Positions 1 through 12,620 of a stretch of DNA of 64,000 nucleotides are shown here, in pieces. The stretch lies in assembly GCA_964304625.1 (NCBI GenBank), contig OZ199838.1, positions 7,086,035-7,150,034 of the forward strand, read 5' to 3'. Position numbers and translations under genes: made by a program. Position 1 is the first letter of the stretch. Every line of letters starts with the position of its first letter. The notes beneath the pieces are model-generated. The model made no database searches and was not told the DNA's origin. It was given only the letters and a program-made list of their open reading frames with translations. Source of the stretch: Kudoa neothunni (Eukaryota; Animalia; Cnidaria).

Positions 1-316
1 CAATGGGGAAAATTGGACAATCTAAAGGCAAAAATCTGCGCGGTATTTCAATGAAGAGAAACAAATAAACTTCTTTTAAAATATCTCAAACAATAATAAT
101 TAATCGATGTAATGGTGAGTGAACCAAATGATGATATCGCAAAGGTTGAATGGGAAGAAGTATTCTGAGGGAATGGAGAAAGATAATTTAATATGTACAT
201 TTTGGTATCACTAAAAATGTGAAATAATAAACTTTAATTAAAATGATGTAAACAATAACCATTCTTACTCGTAATAATTCAAATGTAACTAAGGGAAAAC
301 CTTTTTTTTGGGTTCA

Positions 317-1524
317 TCAAGGTTTTCGACCGAGTTTGCGGTCACTTAACGGAATATTTCCGCTATCATCTGGTATAATTTTACTTTCGCCTATCTTCAG
401 AATATTTGATATGAACTCCGTAACTTCAAAGTCTCCATTAAGGAAAACCCTCATGTTTGTTGTAAGTTTAGGGGTTTTCACTTTTGGCCATATTTCAGAT
501 TTCTTCAAGCAAAACCTAATCTGATCTCCTTGGGTACCCTTTGGGATTACAGGCAGCGTTTGTCGGAAGTCACCAGATAACAGCCGAGTAATTTATCAAA
601 AGTTCAGCTGAACCACTTCCGTGCTTATTCGACAGGTCAGTGTGCCATCGTCAAGTAGCTTCAAAGGAATCTTGAAAACACTATGGGCAGTTCGGCCTCC
701 AGGAAGTGATGTTTCTGTGATAACTGAAGAAGCAACAGCCAGCACAATTTTTGACTGGCTTCGGAGCTCGGCAAAAAGTAAATTGATAACTAATGTTTTT
801 CCGGTACCACCAGGAGCATCCAAGAAAAATATATTTTCAGCGGTACTGCGATTCAGTACTTTTTCCAAAGTCGAAATGCAAATGCGAAGTTGATCATCTA
901 ATAACTTTGGTTTGTTTATCGGCACATATTCAGCCATTTCGCCAACGTTATATCCAAGTTTACGCTGAATTACTGTGGGCGGCTGATTACCAATGATTCT
1001 ATCTACTGGAGGAAATCCACAATTACCAAGTTATGGTCCGCTCATTTCAATTAACGTATTTTCTGTATCCGTTAAAACCATATTGTAGATGGTTGTATTA
1101 AATTCGATGCAGACGTCAGGATTTTGCTGTTGATGTGATATCGGTAATCCTCCAACATGTCGTTTCGGAACATTATCCACACTTCTTAGAATGGTCGATT
1201 AAAGTTGACATTCCTAATAAACAAAGCAAAGAGCCTTCGCAGTGTTGTTTGCTCCTCCAATTTTCGAGATCTCAGGATTTGTTTCCGTGCCATATTTTAT
1301 TGTCTTCTTGTTGACGTCTATTAAAATTTCTAATTCTATTCAAACGTCTCCTCTCTTCTCTCTTCTCTACCTAATCTCGTTCTGGTTCTATATGTATTCA
1401 AATGATCATGTGTCCTATCATTTCTGTCATTATTATCAAACTTATTATTATTGATCGAATTATCTGATGTGTTTGTTGAGTCACTACGAGTCATTTTCAA
1501 AAAAGCGGGTTTTGTCACATTCAC
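317..1524 (-). pseudogene. Helitron RepHel remnant (PIF1-like helicase part, Rep domain missing)
   Basis: Walker A FFLDAPGGTGKT and LPGGRTAHSVFKIP (596-937), GDFRQTLPVIPKGT (~535-580) and LTTNMRV (317-508). LRRLFALF..FRNDMLEDY (~1140-1245) is joined directly to a low-complexity N-terminal region. Frameshifts and stops are present. Confidence 0.85.
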
Positions 1525-1777
1525 AGATTAATAACTTTAATAAAGATTTTGTAAATATTAGTGAAAGGATAACGGATAATTCATTTAAAATGCAGCTTAT
1601 ATTATATTACTTATTTTAATAAAATTTTCAAATGTTTACATAGGTATGAGTATTTTCGTAGCTATGAAGAATTTGTTGTCAACTTTGCGGGGTTCACAAT
1701 AAAGCCTATTATGCGGCCAATTTAAGTACAATACTTCAAGATCTAAATGTAATATTTTTTTAAGTTAGATATTTAAA

Positions 1778-2412
1778 CTAATTATCGATAATTTCCATGT
1801 TTATACACTTTGAGAAATATGATTCAGCATGATTTGAATAATTATTCAAATGATTAACAGAAACTTCCGCGGGGCTCTCCGTAATAGTGGTAATCAATTG
1901 TTCGTTAATTTGAGGATATCTATTTCTCACAATGGTTTTCACTTGGTGAAAAAACCACTCAATAAGGTTGAAGAAGGGGGGATACGGCGGCAAAAACAAG
2001 AGTTTGTGATTGCTTGATTCTACAAGGTTAGTTATTGTATTTTCTTTATGGAACCGAACATTATCCATTATGAGGGGAGCATGTTCTACCCCTTCGTTAG
2101 TCAGGTCATGAAATAACTTGCTGATGAAGTTATAAAATATAATATTTTGGTTAACGGACCAACTTTCCAAATGGAAAGTCCAAACCGTTTCTGCACTTAT
2201 GGCAGCTATTAAGGTTATAAGTTTTGAGTGTACGCTCTTTACTTTGAGGTTCGCTCTTGTTCCAGAGAGTGATCGCCACATGGACAATGAAAACCCCGCT
2301 TCATCAATAAAAATCACTGGCGAATACATGGGCTTATTTTGTAGATACTCAAGCACATAATTATTTGATGTAAATGAACATCAGAACAATAATAATAACT
2401 TTTTTCTCTTTA
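1778..2412 (-). mobile_element. Tc1/IS630-like DD34E transposase remnant (element A), interrupted at TA 2411-2412 by element B
   Basis: Motifs FIDEAGF, MDNVRFH and LPPYPPFFNLIE, with 34 aa between the second D and the E. The N-terminus is absent at the insertion point. Confidence 0.85.
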
Positions 2413-2560
2413 CAGGGTATTTCATAATAAATCGGACACGTGACGCAAACAGAAGGCTTTGTTTTTAATCAGGCTAAAGTAATTTGTTTTTTATTTTTTT
2501 TGTGATTAATTAGTTTTATGAAATTATGGTATGGTTTTGTTAATATATTATTAAGGCATA

Positions 2561-3556
2561 ATGGACGAAAGAAAAAAATATAAAGCGATCGACCAAACAT
2601 TATATGACCAAATTGAAAGACTTCTAAAACATGAGTCCGTAAAAAAATATCTGAAATTACTGATTTGGGAAGGTCCCAAATATATAAAATCAAAGCTTTT
2701 ATTGAGACCAACCCAGAAGCCTACAGCTACGACGCATTTGCACAAAAAGGGGCGTCATCTGAAAAATACGATTCTCGAAAACAAAGTGAGAGAAATTGTT
2801 GGCCGAAATAACAGCCTAACACAAGTCGGCATAAAAAGACTACTCGCGAGAGAGGATGTAAACCTGTCGAATAATACTGTATGCCGACTGATAAAATCCG
2901 CTGGACTAACGAGAAAACGGCGTAAACTAAAGGTCTCCGTTATTTTGACGGATTCTCACAAAAGAACGGTAGCAGAATATGCTTTCAAGATTATAGGTCT
3001 GAGGAGAAAGAACATTGTTTTTTTGGACGAATACGGATTCAACACCCATGTATCGAATAATTGTGGTTACTTGGAACCCAATAAAGATGCAATCGCCATG
3101 GTGCGCCCTTCTAGGAGACGAAATATATCGTTATGCGCTATTTTTTCCATTCAAGGAATAATTGGCCATAAAATTCTGGATGGTGGATGTGATAGGACCT
3201 AATTTCTTGAATTTCTCGAACAAATGATTTTAGAACGAAAAATCTCTTCCGAAGTTGTTCTTGTCATGGATAACGTTAGGTTTCATCACGTACAAGAGGT
3301 AAAAAGTCTGATGAGTACCAACTCAATTGAATGCCTATATTTGCCGTCGTATTCTCCCCAGCTAAATCCTATTGAGAACGTGTTTTCTGTTTTAAAGGCA
3401 AAAGTCTCAAGTTACCGCCCAAGAGCCCAAAGTAGAGATGTTTTGGTTGATTACATCTTAAAATCCATGGACGAATTTAACCAAAACGACTTTCAATTTT
3501 TTTGGAACTTTTTCAGAAAAATGTGGGACAATGTATATGGAGGGTTAAACAATTAA
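2561..3556 (+). pseudogene. DD34E transposase of element B, one in-frame stop (TAA 3200-3202)
   Basis: ORFs 2561-3202 and 3224-3556 are in the same frame. Motifs FLDEYG, MDNVRFH and YSPQLNPIEN. Confidence 0.9.
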
Positions 3557-3582
3557 ACAGAACAATCCTTTATATATATAAA

Positions 3583-6500
3583 GGAAGTGGCTATTCTTAC
3601 GACAACGAATATCTTTTTTCTTACTAAAGAAATTTTAAATCTGAATTTAAAAACATGTTATTACATTTTTTTCCTACAAAAATTCAAGTTTTTATAAATT
3701 ATTATTGCAATAAAACTAATACATATATTTTGGCCTTATTTCGCCGTTACAAGTACTGAAAATGATTAAAACCAGATATTCATTAACATTTACGACATTT
3801 TAAAGCATTTCTGAATCGAAAAAAAATGAAAATTGTGCTAATGTAACTTCATTTGCAATGGAGACCATTAGCCCACGTGTCAATGTTACGGTCTGGTACG
3901 GACTAATTGTTTGAAATGGTATCATTTTATAAGATATTTACAGAAAAATACAACTAATATTAATCAATTTCAGAAATTTGTTTAAGCCGAATAAACCGAA
4001 CTCAAAAAATCATATGTCATCACTTCATAATTCAAGTTATTTAACATCAAAATATAAATCGAAATACATAATTAGCAACCAATATTTGGGAAATATCATA
4101 ATTAATTAACTTTTATTATCAATTATCTATTGAAATTTTATTTTTGTTTTTTCTTCGGAAGTCCAATAGTAGTTAATCTGCTACCCCTGGGCCTTCCGAC
4201 AGACTTGACTTTGGATGGAATGGGTATATCTAAAAATTTTTTATAATTAATAAAAAATTAGTTACTTTTATATGTATCCTTAGTTTTTTCCTGATTCATA
4301 CTTTTACTAGCAAAGCTTTCAGCTAAATACATTACCATCAGTTAGTATTATAGTTAGTTTACCGTATTTTTCTTCAGTATATTCATCATCTTAGTTTAAA
4401 TTATATAAATAAAATATTTTCATTCACGAAATACCTGTGTAAGACAATTCACTCTCAGGATTGGAGGATAAGATTTCAATGAAAGCGTTATCTTCTCTCA
4501 AATTTATTTTCACTAATATACTTTACACATTTGCAACAAATAGTAAATAACTTAGTTCATTTATAGTAGACATCATTTTCGTATCATGATTTTTAATCAC
4601 ACATTCAAGTCTTCTGAAAACTTCAATGGAAGTTTGAAAGTAATCTCCGCAAAACTCTGCAGATGTAGCCGCCAACTTTTTTGTAAGCATTGAAGACAGT
4701 TTTAATCTTTGAGAAAAGGTTTGGATAGTGTCTTTAGGTTTGATTTTTACAACTCCCTCATCATGAAAATCTTTAAAATTGTTAACATTTAGAATATTTA
4801 AGAAATTATTCGCATGCTCCCTAGTCCAACGAGAATGGCACAATGATTCATCAAACAAGTTGATTAAGTTGAGTGCACGTTTTTGTAGAATATGACGACA
4901 AGGAAGCTTGAATGCTTTATGCATTGAACAATTACAGGAGTAATAACTGGAATTTTCTTCTAAAGTGACTTCTTTTATTTTTGATAATTCTTCCTGGATT
5001 ATACTTGAAGAATAGGCCGTGAGATAATTATGATATTTTATGAAAGTCTCATTATCGTTGGAAGAATCGTATGGTTTTATTAGTTCCATAGCAATGGTGC
5101 TTTGCCGCTCAATCCTTTGTGATTTCAAAAATCGTAAGAAATTGTCGAAAAAATCACTCAAAGTTGAAAACTTTTTCACTACAGTTTTTAGTTTTGCATT
5201 AATGGATTCAATTCTGTTATTCGTTGTATTATTATAGTAATGCTCAGCCATACTTAATCCAATTATCCATTCCTGGTAAATGGGTAGCCAATTCTTTTTG
5301 AAATAATCATTAAGTTCCTCAACTCCGAGGTCAAAAAGTTCACAACATAGGCGGTCAAAATTGTCCATGTTCTAGACATAAGTCATTTTTTCTAATATTT
5401 GAAGAATAAGTGTTTTTGTTTCTGTTGTTATACCATACTTTCCGACTTTTATTTCCCGCTGGAACGCTTGTAATACATGGAATTTACATAGTATCAACTT
5501 TGTGGAAGGAAATACGAAACTTAAACATTTTCGTAACAAATGGTCTTCGTCAGTTATTATTGACATCGTTTTGGATTGTAACCACGGTGCAGCATCTAAC
5601 AATTCGTTCAGAAACCATGTTATGGCTTCTGCTGTCTCCTCATATAAAATACAGGCACTAGTGATATGGGTTAAACCAAAAGAGTCTTGAGATGCAGTTA
5701 AATAAAGAGGAGCTCTACAAATGCAATCGTCATTTGTTATAAAATAGGGTTTCGTACCTTGAATCCAACAGCTTTAAGTGGCATCTATGAATAATAGCTC
5801 AGGAAAACATTCAAGAACATGGAGCATTTCGTTATCCACGAAGAAAATTCCATTGACAGAATTTTCACTAGCAAGAATTTTAACTCTGCAATTATAATCA
5901 TTTTTCAATATTGTAATAACGGAGTCAATATTTTTCGGTTCGACGGTAGAAACAGTCTTTACATTATGGATAGATTTTAATGTAATTTTCTCTCCGGTTT
6001 CTTCGCTTAACTTACGTTGAATTAACCTTCTATTTGCTCTTAATGATATTAACTCCGATATTATTGGATCATCAAGGTTAATTTTTCTTTGTGGAGGAAG
6101 GTTTTCGAACATTCTTTGATCGCAGGAATGGTTATGGATTAAATTTAGCGATTTCACCTCCAAAAAGTTACCGTCCACAGTGCTCCGGAGCGAGATACTA
6201 AATGGGAATTCCTTCTAAAATGATAATTTGTTTCTATCTCCACTGCTTTTGCGTTTGTAAGGAACACCAAGAAACACACGTAATTAATGTCATAATAAAC
6301 CAACTGAGAATTTATGGATCTGTTTACTCTTCGTTGTGCATTTGAAATTTTTCTCGAATGTCTAATTTTTAAATTGCAAAAATGTTTTTCTTCGTATTCT
6401 TTCACTTTAATTTGTAACTTTTCATATGAATCAAGTTTCATTCCAATAAAGAAGTCAGCAGACTGTTCACAATCCATGATTTCCATAATACTGCGCAACA

Positions 6501-7263
6501 TAACGTTTTTACTTTAACATGTCTGGGGATATTAACAGACTCGTAAACAAATTGTTAATATGTGTAATGAATTACTAGTAAATATTATATTTTTTAAGAT
6601 AATTAATATTAGCAGGTTTTATCTTTTTGTTAAAATTATGCCGTATAATTATGTGGTGTAGGAAATAATCATTCTATCTAATTTTTAAGACAAAAATATT
6701 AATAAAATTGATTTAATGTAATTATTATGAAATACAATTAACCTCAATATCTTTCCAGATACTTAACCTGAAAAATATATATCATTTTGATCGAAATAAT
6801 AGGCAGTTATTATGTCGCTATACTCACCAAAATACATGAAGTATGTTTTGAACAAATTAGATTATTAATTTTAAACATAAGCTTTTAAAATTGCATTTTG
6901 GATCTAAATGTAATTAAAATGTGATGTAGTTCATTACGCAATAATCGAATGAGGTCTTAACATTGACACGTGGGCTAATGGTCTCCATTGCAAATGAAGT
7001 TATATTAGCACAATTTTCATTATTTTTCGATTCAGAAATGCTTTAAAATGTCGTAAATATTAATGAATATCTGGTTTTAATCATTTTCAGTACTTGTAAT
7101 GGCGAAATAAGGCCAAAATATATGTATTAGTTTTATTGCAATAATAATTTATAAAAACTTGAATTTTTGTAGGAAAAAAATGTAATAAAATGTTTTTAAA
7201 TTCAGATTTAAAATGTCTTTAGTAAGAAAAAAGATATTCGTTGTCGTAAGAATAGCCAGTGCC
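3583..7263 (-). mobile_element. Mutator (MULE) transposon with ~305-bp TIRs and 9-bp TSD
   Basis: 3583-~3888 is nearly identical to the reverse complement of ~6958-7263. TSD ATATATAAA at 3574-3582 and 7264-7272. Confidence 0.93.
4139..6501 (-). pseudogene. Intron-containing MULE transposase (ZSWIM1/3-like, SWIM finger), disrupted
   Basis: Motifs LFIDAT, IITDED, LCKFHVLQ, TTNNRIES and SWIM CNCSMHKAFKLPCRH. Terminal exon IPIPSKVKSVGRPRGSRLTTIGLPKKKQK* at ~4139-4230. 43-nt GT-AG intron at 5715-5757. Frameshifts and stops are present. Confidence 0.85.
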
Positions 7264-8592
7264 ATATATAAAAGAGGACTGTCGGTATGTTTGTTTGTGT
7301 ATGTGTCAGTGTGTGTATGTCCCTAAGTACGCATGTGCGGATAATTTTTTCCTTATAGAGAGCCATATATAAAATTTTTATAAATTTTCGATATTTAAAA
7401 AAATCGTTTAATTGTTTTCGGACTACGAAAGTTTCCAAAAAGTATTTATGAAATAGTGATTTTGTCGATTTAAAGTTTGTTTTTCGGATTAAATGAGTTC
7501 AACTATAGGATTAGCACTTGGTTATTTCATGGTTATGGTCGGTTGAAGTTAACTATCTCCTTTATATGCTCCATCATATGTTCATTAGCTGCTTCTATCT
7601 ATCTATCTATCTTTATATATAAGGTTGGCGTTTCTATTTGGGTGTCTGTTTAAACACACTCCTTATTTGCGGAGTTTTAACGTATATGACTTGGTAAGTA
7701 TATTTTATAAGTTCTATTAATGGCTTTCAATGTGATAAAAAATCTATATATGTTTCATAAATAACGAATTCGTGGAGAACGTTAAAGTTACGTTGATTGA
7801 AGCGTTATGATGGAAATACTGCGTTCATAGGTTTCATTAAATTGTCCGCTAAGTTTTACTTTATGTGATTAAATCCAATGCGGATGGTTGTACTTTTGTT
7901 TCACCAAATTACTTAAATTGTTTATGTTGAAATCGACGCAATTTGTAGTTGTTTACGATAAAAGCGCATGTATGTTTATGCCGAGCTAAGCGATGCTAAT
8001 TTTAGCAATATCGATTAATTTTCATAATTTTTAAATTTTTTTATCTCTTAAAAAGTTAGTGGTGCATCCAGTTACCGAGCCACGAAATTTTTAAATGGAC
8101 GCCGGGATTGATACTTTCCTTCACAGAAATTATAATAATTTAAATTACATAACCCAAATCGTTATGGTAAGTTGCTTAAAAATTTTTAGTTATTTTGTTT
8201 TTATGGGTTAATTCGAGATTTCAATATATTTTTTGAATGCTATTAAAAAAAGCCTCTAGGCGAAATCTTCCCCAAGCAACGCTGGGCAGTTCCAGCTAGT
8301 ATTAGCTATGCTCCCTAATTTCGAGCTTATAAATATAACCAGTATTTTTTATTGATTTCAGATTTTGTCTAACGCGCTTTTTATTAATTTTGAAATGTGT
8401 CCGATTTATTATGAAATACCCTGTGAACCGTTTTTGTAATAAAATAAAATATAAGAAGAATAGTTAGCTGATTAATATTTAGTTATTTGCCTTAAACATA
8501 CAAAACTAATTAAAACAAAATTAATCTTATAACCTGTCACACATGCATCATTATTATGGAATGAGACACAATCTTTAAGATGAGTTTTTTCC

Positions 8593-8626
8593 CAATCTCG
8601 CCCCAGGAAATCCTGGGGCGAGATTG
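8593..8626. repeat. Perfect 16-bp GC-rich inverted repeat with 2-nt loop
   Basis: CAATCTCGCCCCAGGA-AA-TCCTGGGGCGAGATTG. Confidence 0.9.
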
Positions 8627-9282
8627 TGGTTGGGCATTTCATGCACTAAGGTTTATTCAAATTTATATTGCTTGTATGCAATAAATTAATTTTAAGTTTT
8701 ATCTAAATATTCATTATCCGAAAAAAATTCTAATAAATCATGAATAAATTTATAAATTTCATATAATTGTGTAACAATCTTACCTTAAGAGAAACTATAC
8801 GATACATTCTCTGTTATTTTCGTTAGGCTCACATTTCACAAAAACATTTACTAATGTTAAAGTTTTTGTAGATAGATGAATTAATACAATTAATTAGTGA
8901 TTTTCTATTCATACCATGATTATTTATGACAACCTGACTGATTTGTGATTTCTTCCAGGCGGAGATCCCATAAGTTGCTGCTATGCTCCACTGAAAATAA
9001 CGCTAATATTCAAAACATGCAAACAGCTTTTTTAGTATCCTATTAAAATATCAAGATATATCCCCCTTTTAATTTCACCATTTCGTTACCAGTTCTATGG
9101 ATTAATTATCAATCTAGATAGTTTTTTTCTATTTATAAATTAATCTGGTTAGTTAATGCAGAACACACCTTTTCGAATGCTATTTCAACAAAAGCTTGGT
9201 CTAAGCAATAATATTATTTTAAAATTCTAAGCATCGAATTTAAAGAAAAAATACTTGCAATACATGTAGATCAAGACTATTT

Positions 9283-11249
9283 TCAGTGAGAACACTGTTC
9301 ATTCATTGAAGCAATTAGTTTGTCTATTCTTGGGCTTGTTGATGACAATGTTACTCTCATATCATCAATAGTGCTCAAGCGATTCCTGGCCTTTGTTTTC
9401 ATTGTTACCAATGTTGAAAATCCTGATTCACAAAGGTAAGTAGACACGAAAGTAACGAGCACTTGGAAGGCACGTTGGGTGAGAAGAGGAAATGAATCTG
9501 AAAGGTTCAACCAAAAATTGACACCGACCTGACCTCCTCAAATCCATTTTTGAGGATAGACGAAGATTGAAGATCAATAAGTTCGTCTTTTGCAGGATCA
9601 TTATCATCTATTTCTGATAATGAAGTAGAAAAGGGTCTTAAAATCCATTTATCGGTCGGAATCATATCTTTGGAAAAGTGGCCATTAAATTGATTCCTCG
9701 AAATTTCCAAATGCTCGGCGATTTCTTCATTAAATAGAGTAATTGAAACAGATCTGTTATTTTTGAATTCATCTAAGCTTGGGAAATTTTCAAAATTATT
9801 TTGTAGAACCTACGTGCCCATAAATCTAGTTTTGTTTGTAAAGCCGTCATAATCTCGCATGCTTCCACAATAGTTACTAATTTTCCTTGAAGTTGTTTAT
9901 TAATTTGATTGAGATGATTAAATATATCTGAAATGTAAGCTAAGCGGGCGATGAATTCAGGATCAGCGAAGTCCTCACAAATGTCTGAATCGCGCACGCG
10001 AAGAAAAGTTTCTAATTCAGTACGAAGCTCAAAAACGCGATTAATAACCATTCCCCTCCAGAGCCATCTTACTTCAATATGGAGTAAAAGAACGGTATGT
10101 TCAGAGCCCATCTCCTCACAAAAAGCTTTAAACGGGCGGTGATTCGATGCTCTGGCTCGAGTGAAGTTCATAGTCTCGACAATTTTGTCCATAACAATTT
10201 TTAGGAAGAGTCCTTGAAGCCAAAGCATATCTACGAAGAACACAATATATTGTTATCACATTTGGTGCTTGTTGTTTAACAAGCGCGGTGAAACCTGATC
10301 TTACTCCCATCGTAGCTGGAGCTCCGGCAGCACAGATTGATTCAACCATTTCCCAGGTAAGACCGTGTCTTTCAAAAAAATCTTGTAATTTTTTCATTAC
10401 ATCAGCAGCTTTAGTGGTCTTTTCCTAGTTAACGCGGAATAAAGATTCATTTTTTAGAATATTTCCACTTATGTATCTAACACAAATAATAAGTTGTGGA
10501 AAATTGGAAACATCACAAGATTCATCCAGTTACAATCAAATTTTCGCTGTGCTAGATTTAATTTCTCCAACAATTTGGTCATTTCACAAATTCGTCGTTG
10601 AATTGTGAATTATTGAGAGTTGAGTGGCTTGAATTTTCATCCATGCTACTTTATCGCATATCAGCTTCACCATATCTAGGACACAAGGTTTAATAAGATT
10701 CTCACCCATGTCGTGAGGCTTCTTTTCTTTCGCTATATGTTGTGCTACGTAATAGGATATTGCAATCAGTGTTTTTTTCTTTGGAATGGAACCAAATTTT
10801 GGCAATGTCCCTGCGGTTCTAAATCTATTCCTCCTTACCTCAAATTTGGCTGGATCATCAGACACATGAGTAGGATGTACGGATTCTAGGTGCTGCTTTA
10901 GAATCGAAGGTTTCATAGGACCGTTTCCAAGGATCTTTGAGCACAAATCACATTGAGGTTTCTCGACCCCATCAACAACAATTAGATTAAACTCACACTG
11001 TATATACGAACCCAGATATGTACGTTTTTCGACATGACAAAATTTAAACAGATTTGAGTTGGTAATGATCATGTGACTAAAATTCTGTTTATTGTGAATG
11101 TGCAAAAATACATTATCCGTTGCCTATTGAATAAGAATAAATTTTGTAAAACTCGTTTAATTGTCGTAAGGAATTAGTTTTAATATACAAGAAATTTTTA
11201 TATTCAACTATGACGTTCAACAATTTACCCCAAGTTGGGAACCTCTAAG
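9283..11249 (-). mobile_element. Degenerate hAT (Buster/ZBED5-ZBED8-like) transposon
   Basis: BED finger KPQCDLCSKILGNGPMKPSILKQHLESVH, EVRWL and the C-terminal STYLCESGFSTL dimerisation motif. TIR-like TAGAGGTTCCCAACTTGGGG starts at ~11249 on the minus strand. Confidence 0.88.
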
Positions 11250-11560
11250 TTAGATCGTAATCGGTTGAAAATAGCAACAACATCTCCCGACGGTGGGTCC
11301 ATTCTGAACGTTAATTGAATACCACGTATTGCAATTTTGAACTTTAGGAATTTTAATTGTCAAGTTTGACGTTATCATATTTTAACTAAACAAAAATTCA
11401 GGCCTTTTGAATTATAAACTTATGGCAAAAGCGGGAAAACAACAAACGCACATATTGGCGGGAAACACTCAAAAGAACTACCACTGAAGCAAGCGACGTC
11501 GATTACAGCTTGCACAGGTTCATAATAAGAAAGTGCCGTGGCCGAATCAAAAGGCCTTGA

Positions 11561-11633
11561 AGGCGTCGACGGGATTCGAACCCGCGATCTTGTATTTACG
11601 AGACACACGCCTTAACCACTTGGCCACGACGCC
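11561..11633 (-). tRNA. tRNA-Thr (CGT)
   Basis: 73-nt cloverleaf: GGCGTCG/CGACGCC acceptor stem, TGTGT-CTCGTAA-ATACA anticodon arm, GGTTCGAATC T-loop, discriminator T. Confidence 0.93.
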
Positions 11634-12442
11634 ACGAACAACGTCGACAGTACCTTATGTAATTGAATTTATATCATCAGTTACTAATTTAATAAGTTGC
11701 TCCAAATTTTGAATAAATTTACATTAAGTTATAAATCCCCATAAATAATAAAATGGAGGTCTTCAACTAAGCAGAAAAGACAAATATTTTGGTGTATTCA
11801 TAGTAAGAATAGGTCTAAATACTTGTTGGGGCTAAATATTCTCAAAACGAATAATGAAATTACGGACGACAGAATCCTCATTTAGAGATTAGTTACTTGT
11901 TGTTCATTGACTTTACCATATTTTTGATCTAAATCACACTATTAATTCATGTTTTTAACATCTGTTCAAGCATAAATGTAAAATATATTTTGAAAATCTC
12001 AGTGGAAAATATTTGCACGAAGGTTCGAATGTTGCTTAGTTTAAGGTATATGATCTGTACAACATTGATTCAACATTTTGGCAGAGTCCATTGGCCCGTA
12101 CAAATTCGGTTTATCGTTGTCGACGGAAGCTGTTATGAATTATGAATCCTTTAAAAATTGTTTTAATAAATTATATATAAGGATTACATAAAAAATTAAG
12201 GATGTTGGTTTGTAGGAGCCTGTGTTAAATCGTGTTACTTAGGAGGGCATGGCGAAAACTCGCCGGTGAAGAGCGCGTGCATATACACAAAACGCGTTGA
12301 AGTTTTAACATGTTAGTACAGGGCTGCCAGGGCTTGGGTTTTTATTGAAAGCCTGCAAACATTAAAGAATAACATTTTTTTATGTGCGGCCTTAATATTT
12401 ATATTTTTAATGACATGTCCTATTCAGATTATATTCTGCAGC

Positions 12443-12620
12443 AGCGCTTCCTAACTACAATTGGACTCGCACCCCCATTTGATGACAAAACGAAATTCGT
12501 ACACCCTAGAATAAGATAAGGTGTAACCGACTCAAAATTTTTAAACATTATTTCCTATTGTGAACGAGTCTTGCATCTCCAAGTCCGTAGTTCGCACCCT
12601 TAGGGATGCGGAAACCACTG
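12443..12620. mobile_element. hAT-type MITE
   Basis: CAGCGCTTCC ... GGAAACCACTG termini. A related inverted copy lies at ~21954-22100 in an MCM4 intron. Confidence 0.55.

Larger units (their letters stand above)
3566..8299 (+). mobile_element. Non-autonomous Helitron, split near its 5' end by the MULE
   Basis: A|TCCTTTATATATAT 5' end at 3566, continuing at 7264 as in the uninterrupted copy at 16753. 3' hairpin CCCAAGCAACGCTGGG followed by CTAG|T at 8296-8300, matching the A/T insertion rule. Confidence 0.88.
2413..8423 (+). mobile_element. Tc1/IS630-like DNA transposon (element B) with 27-bp TIRs, carrying a nested Helitron and MULE
   Basis: CAGGGTATTTCATAATAAATCGGACAC at 2413 and its reverse complement ending at 8423. 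Flanks are TA on the left and TG on the right. Confidence 0.9.

Noticed and set aside
11420-11608. 62-aa ORF
   Set aside because: It overlaps tRNA-Thr and its trailer and shows no protein features.
11700-12300. Exon-like segments on the minus strand (FITASVDNDKPNLYG...)
   Set aside because: In-frame stops and no recognisable family, so no gene model could be built.
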